Assembly: GCA_964106645.2 (NCBI GenBank) | Contig: OZ067051.1 | Direction: 5' to 3' (one strand) | From: Podarcis pityusensis | Taxonomy: Eukaryota | DNA: 64,000 nt | Shown here: positions 40,673 to 52,600 of the stretch, in pieces | Position numbering within the stretch: position 1 is the first letter of the stretch | Layout of the letters: each line of letters starts with the position of its first letter | Position numbers and translations under genes: made by a program | The notes under the pieces: model-generated | What the model saw: the letters and a program-made list of their open reading frames with translations, nothing else | What the model was told of the DNA's origin: nothing | Database searches by the model: none

Positions 40673-43600
40673 AGGAAGAGGTTTGTTTATTTATTTTCAT
40701 TTATTCTTTAAGATGAGAAATGCATGCTCTCTTATGGTTTTGGCACCTTGCTTTGGTGTGTGTGGGGGGGAATAACAAATGATCTACGCCTGGCTAAAGG
40801 AACAAAATATAAAGACTCTTTTGTGGCACATTGGCACTGTTTTATTGTTTGGAGATTAAATACAAAAGCGTCTCCTGTAAGCATTCTGGCTGCTATGAAT
40901 ATTGTGAACGTAAATTTGGATACTTTCGGAAAGACTGCACCATCAGATTGATGTTTTTGATTTCTTTTTTTTATTTCACTTTACACTCTCATTGTCCTGT
41001 CAACAAAATGAAAAGGGGATTATTCTGAACTATTAAACAGTTATTAATAAAAATGTATTTTTAAAAAATTAAAAGGGGGAGGTAGAATAAAAAGAAAGGG
41101 CCTCATCTCCTGTGGCAACCGCCGACTCCCAAGGAGCAATGGCCACACTAAAGTTGCATCACCGCCACTAGGCCTCACTTCAACGTTGTCTTTGGGCAGA
41201 GGCAGCTTCCAGGCAAGCTCTGATCTTGTAACTGGAGAGTCTGAGGGACAGGAGAGAACCTCTGTTTGAACCTTCTCAAGTGTCATTAGGAGAAAACAAA
41301 GCCAGATGGATTTAGCTGCCAGTCACTCTGCCTGACCGTGGGATGTATTTGCAGAGGCGGCAAGATCCGAGTAGGGATGAAAGGGGGGGAGAGTAGAGCC
41401 ATATGACCTGCATGCAGTTTTTAAATGCCTAAGGGCATGACCTCAGGGAAATAAATTGGGCTTGAAAATATTTAGTTGTCACGCTGCCCCCACCCCCACC
41501 CCCATTTGCCGGTTACACTGTTCTTTTGAATGGAGTGGAAAGCTCACAATTTGCAGCAACCCAGTAGCCACAGGCTTCAACATCCCTGCACCCTGATCTG
41601 CCCCAGGCAAATGACTAGCATGAAACAGAGCACTCATGTCATCAAGACAGGCTGACAGCCATATACTTCAATCCTCCTGCAAAGCTTCCTTAATGCGTAA
41701 CCAAAGGAAGAGGTGGGGAAAATCCATGTTGGAGACAAGGCCTGACACTGGATAAGGTGAGGCAAATAAAGATTTGAACTTCCCCAGTCTTTCATGCTTG
41801 CAATAGGTAAAGGTAAAGGGACCCCTGACCATTAGGTCTAGTTGTGACCAACTCTGGGGTTGTGGCACTCTTCTCGCTTTATTGGCCGAGGGAGCTGGCG
41901 TACAGCTTCTGGGTCATGTGGCCAGCCGACTAAGCCGCTTCTGGCGAACCAGAGCAGCGCACGGAAACACCGTTTACCTTCCCGCCGGAGCGGTACCTAT
42001 TTATCTACTTGCATTTTGACGTGCTTTCGAACTGCTAGGTTGGCAGGAGCAGGGACCGAGCAACGGGAGCTCACCCCGTCGCGGGGATTCGAACTGCCGA
42101 CCTTCTGATCGGCAAGTCCTAGGCTCTGTGGTTTAACCCACAGCGCCACCCGTGTCCCTTGCAATACATGCTTGCAATACTCACCCCTGAACCTGCAGAC
42201 TAGAAGAAGGAGAATTAAACAAATGCTACACCAAGAAATCAAGGCTACCAGTCCCTGCCCACTTATCAAGAAAAGCAAAATGGGCCATGCTAACTAATTT
42301 CAAGCAGTGGGCATATAATTCTGGTCTCCATCCAGTCCTGCACACAGACGGATGCTTCTTTGCAAAAGCAAGCATTCTTAAGAAAATAAATGTGGCAGGA
42401 GTGGAGGGCGGTGGGTGTGAGAGATCCTGTAAACGGTGGCGCATGGCACTGCCACCTTGCAAGGCTGCCAAGAAAGCCCTCACAGATTAAGAATACCACA
42501 TTTCCTCATCAGCTGGTGAATACTTTTTTAAAGTCCTCACGACACTTCATCAGCATTTTAGGGCATTTCATTTTTGCAAAGCAATTTTCTGCAATATAAT
42601 GCATTTTTTTAAAAAAACCAACAACGTTATTTTCACAAACATATGCACACTTTGGTATATACATTGTTGCACAGATAACTTGGCTGGAGACCTGCATTGC
42701 AAAATTTGGAAAGGAGCAAATTTTGAAGGATAAAAGGCAAGTTTGCCTTTAAACTGAATGGCATTTTCCCCCATCCCTAGCTGAGACCCATAACCATGTG
42801 GCCTGGTTTAAGGTGGGTCACCACAGCAGCACTCCCAACCAGGTAACAAATTGACGAATTAAGCAACGGGGTCCCCAAATACATGTCTGGATTTAAGGCC
42901 AGTCTTCTGGGCCTGAAAAGGCTGGAGACAGCTGCTGTAAAGACTCAAACCCTGTACAGGCCTTAGTCACTAGGGGCAAGCAAAAGGCTTTGTGTTCAGA
43001 CACTCACCTCAAATGTGACAAAGTCATCAAACTCATCGGGACAGGCAGATGGTGGTTCATCATGGGCATATCCCATAGTGCAGAGCTGGCTGTCAGGAAC
43101 TGCTGAAAGGGGGTGAGAACACACACACACACACACCAAATTATTATTACAGGAGGGAAAGGCAGGTTTTTTTATTTAAAAAAGCAACATTGAGGGTTGG
43201 AATGCTCCTCCAGTGAAGTCTCAAGCAGCAGGAGAAGCAGCAGGAGATTAATGCAAAGGACATTCTGTAAGCCCAAAGTTTCCACCCACAGAGGAGGGTG
43301 TCCACCAGGGGTGCCCGCTTAAATAAAATATTGGGGGGTTCCAGATAACCCTACCCTGCATAATCAATCACATGACGTGGCACACACAAACCATTTGAAT
43401 GGGAATTCCCTTCAACTCAGGGGGGTAGCCCCCTCAATTATTTTAGGGGGGACGAAAGGACCTTGGCCCCTAGGCTCCTCTGGTGCCTGCTGTGCGTCTC
43501 TCCTTGACTTTATCTCCGCTTCCAGTGGGGAAAACCATGTTGCATCTCTAGGTGAGGTGAGCTGCAATGTTCAATCCCTGCTGATACAGAGATAGAGCAG

Positions 43601-46600
43601 AATCGCCTCCCTCTGAGAGGCAGCATGCAAGCTATTATGAGATAATTGCTTGAAAATATCGTTTGCTTCTCGATGGAGTAAAATAAATTTTATTTAATTG
43701 AAAGTACGTAAAAAGTTGTATTAAACACTAGGCATACTCAGGAGTAGAAATCTGTTGGAGCCAATGCAAAAATAATATTCCAGCAAGAGATATAAATTGT
43801 CCCAAATATTAAAAGAAAAAGACACATATAGAATCATGGCACACCTGAAGCTGAAAAGGGGCTTTGCTTCTTGAACAAATGTTGCTTTAACACAGCATTC
43901 CTCAACTTAGTCGTGAAAAACACCTGGAGGGCACCCCGACACCTTCAACTCTCAAGATACCAAAATCCAAGAGATATTGATTACCGTAGGCACACAAATA
44001 CAGAATTTACAATGCATGTTCCAAGAGGAGGTCAAAAAGGCCATTTAAGATTTTGGTCAGATTCCAAAAGCTGAGCTCAGGAAAATCTCTTTTTTTTAAA
44101 AAAAAAATATTTGCATATAAGTTTAAAGAAACAAATTTTAAGTTTTAAAATCTTGTGGCTATATGTTAAAAGCAACAAGTTAGTGGTCATATCTAACCAT
44201 ACCCAGAAATCTAACATATGACCCAGAAATCTAACACAGTTGGAAGTGTGGTGTGGTGATGTTTTGGGGATGCAAATTCAAATTAGACTATAGAAAATTA
44301 TAATTTTATGTCAAAAATAAGAAAATGGCAAAATTTCACAGTGTGGTCAAATGAAACTGAAAATGCATTTGTTAAATATAATTAACTTTGAAAAGGTAAG
44401 AAAATAGTTATAACGGAGGATAAAAAATATTAATAATCTACTATTAGAGTGGGCATAGAGAATGTATCAGTTTGCTGCTACCACACTGACAGATAAAAAC
44501 ATAGGTAAATGGCGTTTCCATGCGCTCTGGCACTCGTCACGGTGTTCCATTGCTCCAGAAGCGGTTTAGTCATGCTGGTTACACGACCTGGAAAGCTGTC
44601 AACAGTATTTTGCTTGAGAATCTTCCCATCCCCCCCCAACCCCATGAAATCATTTTTCTACCTATACTTGGCGCTTCCCTACCCTGGGATTACTAATTTG
44701 TTCATGCAATAGTTTTCCTCCGCAAAAGCAACGCAAGTAAAAAAGTTCCTAGAGGAAAAACCATTTTTACATTAGTACAAAGTTACTCTTCGCCATGTTA
44801 GAAACATAGGAAGCTGTCTTGCACCTCCTCAGACCTAATCTCAGTACAGTGGTACCTCAGGTTACGAACTTAATTCATTCTGGAGGTTCATTCTTAACCT
44901 GAAACTGTTCTTAACCTGAGGTACCACTTTAGCTAATGGGGCCTCCCTCTGCCACCGCCACTGCCGCGCTATTTCTGTTCTCATCCCGAAGTAAAGTTCT
45001 TAACCTGAGGTACTATTTCTGGGTTAGTGGAGTCCGTAACCTGAAGCGTCTGTAACCCGAGGTACCACTGTATTGCCTACACCAGGCTTCCTCAACCTCG
45101 GCCCTCCAGATGTTTTGAGACTACAATTCCCCTCATCCCTGACCACTGGTCCTGCTAGCTAGGGATCATGGGAGTTGTAGGCCAAAAACTTCTGGAGGGC
45201 CAAGGCTGAGGAAACCTGGCCTACATTGACTGGCAGCGGTTCTCCAGGGTTTCAGGCAGGGGGGCATTCTCAGCCCTACCCTGAAGATTTCAAGGAGTGA
45301 AACTGAGTTCCCCCATCCCTGAGCTACAGTCCTTCCGCTCTTCCCTTACTGCGACACTGTCCCCTATAATATGAAAGTGGAAAAGGCTATTCTATCAGGA
45401 TCAGTCCACTACAGCTGAAGTCTAGCACATGGCAGCCTGATAAATTAGATCTCTTAAACCAGGGTCTGCGGCTGCCAAGGGCAATACCGTAATTCATGCT
45501 GAGAAACGAGCTTGGGTCCCGTCTTCAGCCAGTAGCGCAGCCTGAGCAGCAAGGAGTATAGCTGGCTCATCGTTTCAACACACAAGCCGTGCTTCTCAAA
45601 CGGCGGTTTTACGGCTGCTGATTCTGCACATTGCAGCCAGTCTGGTTTGCAACAATTCCCCTTTCGAGGCTTTGTAAATTTCTGCTCTTCTGAAATCACA
45701 TCCAGGAGGAGGCCATTATATCCTGGAAAACTGATCTTAAATACTTTTTATTAAAGATTTTCATCAACTACAAAAGAACATGCAACGTCACTCCCTTTTT
45801 TTGTTCAGATTATAAAGTCTTTGGGTTACATTCAATGCAAGTCAATATGGCACCCAGAGGGAAGGGGAGAGAGGAGAGGGCGAGTGATAAATTTGCACAT
45901 TATTTTTTCATTTCCCCAAATTGGTATATGGGTAAGGTTTTTATGTCGACGTCATTTGGGTAGGTTCTCTTTCTATACATTTGTTGGTTTATGTGGGCAG
46001 TGAGAGAAGGTTGAGGGGGGCCTGGGGCGTGGTTGTTTGCCTTTGATTGACCGCCATGAGATTCATTTGCATGTGTGGAAGGGAGAAATGGATTCTTGGG
46101 TCAAGTTAGCCATACTGATCTGTATGCTGCTGATACATCCCTGCTATCCTTATTGTCATTTTGAGCTGTGTGTGTAATAAAGAGGAGCCGAAGATCAAAC
46201 CTATCCATTCTGAAGGAAATCAGCCCTGAGTGCTCACTGGAAGGACAGATCTTGAAGCTGAGGCTCCAATACTTTGGCCACCTCATGAGAAGAGAAGACT
46301 CCCTGGAAAAGACCCTGATGTTGGGAAAGATTGAGGGCACAAGGAGAAGGGGACAACAGAGAACGAGATGGCTGGACAGTGTTCTTGAAGCTACTAACAT
46401 GAGTTTGACCAAACTGCAGGAGGCAGTGGAAGACAGGAGTGCCTGGTGTGCTCTGGTCCATGGGGTCAAGAAGAGTCGGACACGACTAAACGACTAAACA
46501 ACATCATCATCATCATACCAGGGTGAAGGTGGCTCCATGTCAGTTTCTCTGTTTTATTTGTCCCCATGTCAGTTTCAATCTATCGGTTAGCTTTTCTATT

Positions 46601-49600
46601 AAAGCTGTTTCCCTATACCATTTGGTGCCCAAGGTCCATGTTTACTCCTGACAGGTCTCTCCAGTGTCCAGCTATGATGTTTCTGGCTGCTGAGAGTAGG
46701 TGGGTTATAAGCTCTTTCTACTGTGAGTGAGCATTTCTGTCTGGGAAAATATTCAATAGGGTCAGTTCTGGGGTGGGTTCCAATACCTGCTTAGTTACTT
46801 TACATATTTCTTGTAGGACTGCTGTCCAAAAGGATTGGATTCAGGGACAATCCCACCACATGTGGAGGTACGTGCCTGTAGAGGTGCAGCCTCTCCAGAA
46901 TTTTGGTAAGGTTCCTGGATGTATTAGTACCAATTTCCTTGGTGTAAGATACCATCTACAGATAAGTTTCAAAGTGATTTCCCTTCTTTTGGCTAAAATG
47001 GATTTAAAGGGAGGTTTAGACCACATTCTAGTCCAATGGGTAGAGTTTATCTCGTAACCTATGTCATGCTCCCATCGTTTTTTAATTGTGTTAAGGGGGT
47101 CTGCAGAGTTGTGGAGCAGCATTTTGTATATTGCAGAAGGAAAAGTGATTTTAAATAGAGCGAGTTGCAGTTCCTCAACCCCCTTTTGAAATGAATTGGG
47201 CATTTTTAAAATGAAATAATAATTTTGTTCTTCTGGTCTGGTTGTTAGGAGCAGCATATTCCCAGAGTATGCTACAGTTTGGAATATTACTCTAGTGCGA
47301 GACCCTAATTAGTAACTCTCCACTGGCATAGCCAAGAGATACGTGTCAGGATGTCTGCTCATTTAAAGGCAGAAAAAGACTTAGAGATCAGAAGGTTCTT
47401 TTACACAATCAGGTCTCTTGTTACCACAACTCTTTCTCCCACTTGACCACATAATAAAGTTTACAACTTTACATGCTCAGGAACTGAATGAACCAAATCT
47501 ACCAACCACAACACAGGTTGCAAACTATTATTTTTGTCCTGGGGTAAATTAACTGCCAAGTTCTCATTTATTGCAGCAAATCCAATAAAATAATGATGCC
47601 GTGCATGTTGAGTTTGCTGCAGTAAAAAACTCCCTAGACTTACTGCAGCAGATTTACATTGCGTCAGATGGTACACTGGGTTAGAGAGGCAGTGTGGCGT
47701 AGTGGATGGAGTTTGTGCAAAGCACCTGATCTCCCTCATTCCAAAAGGGTAGGTGCAGAATTGGAGAACGACAATAACTTCTTAAAGGATGTTGTGAACA
47801 CTTTCACAAAAGGTTTTAAAACAAACAAACAAAAAACACACGTGTTATGATCATCCCAAATTGATGATGCACCTATTACAAAAAGGCACATAGTTAAGTT
47901 CAGTGTTTTGCATGAAGAAGAAGTCAGGCCCAATCTCAGGTATCAAAATGACGTCATGCACATGTGTGGAAGTGGCGAATCGCAACCCGCGCACGTGCAG
48001 ACACAGGTTGCGTTCGCTTCAGGATGCGAATGGGGCTCTGGAACGGATCCCGTTCGCATCCAGAGGTACCACTGTACTTTAAATGCATGCTACCCAGCTT
48101 TTCCCACATGAGTGTCTTTTTGAAATCCAACATCCCTCCTCTGTATATTCATTAGCATCTCTAGAATTAGGATCTCTGAAAGGCTGCCAGGCCACCCCTC
48201 TAGCCCACCCACCCAATCAAAGTGTTGTTCTGCAGTTACAACAGAGAGACAGCAGGGAGCTGGCTGCCTGCCAACTTCTTCACAGGTCCAGGACCAACGG
48301 CACAGAAAGGACAAGCTCGACATGGCTTGGAGTCGTCTACCCAACTCATTATTGCTTCTCTCTTGGTGCAGGTCCCCCCCCCCCCGAAGCATATGGGCAC
48401 ATTGTATACAGTTGATGTTGCTATGGTGACCTCACCCAACGGTCCCTGCCAACACAATAGGCTACATGAAAGCTTTTGAATCCCTGTTCAAATGAGCGTT
48501 AAAAACCCACAAACCCTCGCTGCTCATTAGCAACACAAACCCACAAAGGACTCCCCATCTGCACATTACAGGCGCACGTGCTGTCGAGCATGGTCAACGG
48601 GACCTTGTAGCGCTGGTGCGCCCAGAAATACAATAGCTAAAAAGAGAGAGAGCATTGGTACAGCAACAGAGCACTTGGGATTTGCCATCCCGACTGCCGT
48701 GTCCCAAGCAGATCCCCAAAAGCCACATGGGCACAGCGGGCACCCCCAGATGTTTGCCTTCTTGCTGACAACCAGTCCAGGCCTTGGCTGCCCTCCTGCT
48801 CCTGAGTCTCAGCTGAGCGCAGCCCTAATGGTCAGTTTCCTCCTCTTTGGCCTCGGTTCTGCCCTTTCAGAAGGCAGTGTGAGGACAAAACTAGAACTAC
48901 AGTCTTGGGTTAAGAACTTAATTCATTCTGGAGGTCCGTTCTTAACCTGAAACTGTTCTTAACCTTAACTTTAGCTAATGGGGCCTCCCGCTGTCGCCGC
49001 ACAATTTCTGTTCTCATCCTGAAGCAAAGTTCTTAACCTGATGCTGGGAAGTTTTTGCCTCTGCACATGAGTCTGAGAATGTTCTGAACAGTTCCCATTG
49101 AGTTCATGAAACAGTGTACCCTGACCTGTTCTTAATGCATTGCTGACCACATCTACGGAACGTGATTGTTGTATTCTTTCATGTTATGATCAATCATTAG
49201 TAATTGTTTTAGTCATGCTATATTAATCTTTAGTTATAATTTAATTAGGAGGTTTCATGCCTTTCTAGTTCCAGCTCCGTTTCCCAGCCTTTAATCTATC
49301 AGTGATAAATGTTCATATGTAATTCCCGCCTTGTACCTATGTTAACCAATCAGCAACAAGTTGCTTTGTGTTTGTATCAACCAATCAGCCACAAGCACAC
49401 CTGTGGCAATGTTTGTAATATTCAATAAAAGAGTTCCCGGGGCTCGCCCCGGCAGACGCCTCATATGACACCTGCCACTCGTCTGTCGTGAATTCGTTCC
49501 AACAACCTGAGGTACTATTTCTGGGTTAGCGGAGTCTGTAACCTGAAGCGTCTGGTAACCCGAGGTACCACTGTAGTTGGCTCTGCTTGTTGTTGCCTCT

Positions 49601-52600
49601 GGCTCCCCCTACTGTTGGGCTCCCTGCCTTCCACCCTACCAGTCCCAATGGGCACCACAGCCACCACTGACACACAGTCATCAGAGCCCTCAGCTTTGAA
49701 CCAGACACAAGTCTCTCATTTGGCTTTGCTCATTGCAATACAATGGAGCCAATATCCACTTTCCTCCAACAGTTGCTGGAGTGAGATGGGTGCTTGCACA
49801 CGGGATATGACAACATTTGTGAAATGAGCAAGGGCAGCAAAAAGCAACGTGTCGATCAGGACCGGAGCCATGTTTGCTTTTCCCCTGCTTCACATAGGCC
49901 CAACCTACAACAATAGAAGCTTTCAGGAGCATTAAGTCAGCTGGGAGAGCATTATGGCCTTGTGGCGCCTGGGAGACACGCCGCCGAGACCAGGGGGGCT
50001 GGAGCAGAATAGTTTTGAGAGCTGAGGCAGGAAGATAGGCTATTGTGCCAACGGACTGTGGAGACAGGACCAGACTGGGGAAGCAAAGCCCTGGGGACGT
50101 CACAGCATTGCACCAACTCTGCATCAATTGTTGCCATTCCATAAGATCCAGCAACCCGAGTTGGGAAAGGGCGAGATTCCATGGGTTCTGCTGTGACAGG
50201 CCAGCTCCATCAGGCCTCCTCCTCTCCTCTCAACGGTCACCTGGGGCCAGCCATTCCACCAGACTGCCTCTGTGGGAGAGACAGGAAGCAGGGCTCATTT
50301 CATCAGCTTTGCTGGCACCTCCACCCCCTCAGTTGTGCCAGCTGGGCATTATAGGAACAACTGTTTTGATTTTCCTCTTCTCCTCCTTGTCCCTCGTGTA
50401 CTGTGTTCTTTTAGATTTTACCCTACGGGTAGGGACTGTCTCGTTTTGATTGTACGTAAACCGCTCTGGGAGTTTCTTTTGCCGAGGAGCGGGGTACAAA
50501 TGCTATAAATAAATAAATAGAAAGAAAGAAAAATAAAATGTCACCCGGCTGCTTCTAGCTTTTTTGAAGGAAAATTAAATAAAAAGCACCCAAAGCAACA
50601 TGCTCCATACAGTGGTACCTCAGGTTATAGACACTTCAGGTTACAGACGCTTCAGGTTACAGACTCCGCTAACCCAGAAATAGTACCTCGGGTTAAGAAC
50701 TTTGCTTCAGGATGAGAACAGAAATCACGTGGCGGCAGCAGGAGGCCCCATTACCTAAAGTGGTACCTCAGGTTAAGAACATTTTCAGGTTAAGAACAGA
50801 CCTCCGGAACAAATTAAGTTCTTAACCCGAGGTACCACTGTACTGCCATTCTTTAGATCAGGGGTGGGAAGCCTCAGGCCTGGGGGCCAAATGCAGCCCC
50901 CACCTCTCAATCTGGCCCTCAGAACTCTCCCCACGGCCCTCACTGGCCCTGCTTGGTCACCTGAGTTTTAGTGCCCAACTAAAGCATGTCATTGAACTGA
51001 TAATCCTTTTGCTTGTGTGGACTGAGGGTGTGGATGTAGAATGGGCTGAGGGTGTGGAAGCAGAATCTAGCCTAAATTACGAGGGGGGGAAATACATCAG
51101 CTATTCTGCTAACCAGCATGTGGCCAGTGTCAGACATTAGCCAGGCACCAGGCACGTTTTGCTACTGGTGTGGGTCCAATTGCGACCATTTGGAGATCTC
51201 TGGATATCAGGCTGGCAACTGACATCTCCATCTGGCTAGCTCCTCGAGCTTTCTTAAGCATATAAGCAGAACAACTCATTTACTGCATTTAGATCCTACC
51301 CTTTTCTCCAACGAGTACATGGCTCACCCTCTGCATCAGTTAAACCCCTACAATTACCCTGTGAGGTAGGTTAAGAAACTGTGACTGGTCCAAGGTCACC
51401 CAATGAGCTTCATGACTAAGTGGGGATTTGAACTCTGATCTCCAAGGTCCTAGGTCCAACACACTAACCACTACACCACACTAGCTTCCTAGAACACTTC
51501 TGCTACGGGGCAGCACTATAAATTAAGTAGGTAAATAAACAGAGTGAAAGCAAAATGTCCTTTAGAGAAGAATCTGAAATATTTCGCTTGAAGCTTGAAT
51601 TTGTTTTATTCTGGGTTGTTCTATTGTGGCGGATCATAACCTGGGTTTAAGGTGTCATTAGGCAATTACATTATATAGCTGAGTTTCTAACACTGCATGC
51701 TAGATATTCTGATAAATCGTTATCAAGATATGCCACAGTGGAATAACTGAGTCTAGCATTCTTCCTGTGCTGATGGCTTGGTGCTAGAACTGCCCAGTGA
51801 ATACAGCAGAAGAGCAGAGTGGAAAAGAAGACAGGCAGAAGCTTCGAGAAGGCCAGAGATTTTCCTGCAAATCCTTCATTCGGTTGGAGCCTCAAGGCTG
51901 TGATGTCAATGCAACGACCTCAATGCTCCACATCTGGGTAAGCTTCCTGCCTCCCCATTTTGAGTCTGCAGTAGCAAAGGCAAACCGACATCACTGTTAC
52001 AAACTTCCTTGCCGCTTCTCCTCTCAGAAAAAGTAGGTCAACGCATTGGATCATCTGCTCAAATGCTGCTAAGCTAGTAGAGGAAGTGGAGGCTATGAAG
52101 ACTGCCAGATCACTGGTGAAAATGCGGGAGGAGTCTATCCTGCAAGCTTCTTCCTCCTTAGTCTTAGGGTTGTCTTTATGGACTTCACCAGAGACTCCTG
52201 AGTAAGTTTAGCAGTCAAGAAATAACAGGAGAAGTCCTCTTGTGGATCAGGAATTGGTTAGGTTGCAGGCAGCAAAGAGTGGGAATAAATGGACAGTTCT
52301 TTGAATGGAGAGAAGTAGAAAATAGAGTCATTGTCCCCCCTCCCAAAGGATTGGTATTGGAATCTGTGCTTTTTAACTGGCTCATAAACAGTCTAGAATT
52401 AGGAGTGAACAGTGAGGTAGTCAAGTTTGCTGATGGTACTAAATCAGTGGTTTTCCACCAGTGTGCCATGGTGCCTTGAATGGTGGTCAGGGGTGCCACG
52501 GGCAACATGGCCTCTGTCCCTCTTTCTTTCCCTCCTGCCTTTGATGCCCTCTCTGCCTCCCAAAGGCTTGCACGGCTCTTTGCTGCATCAGTAGCCCTGG

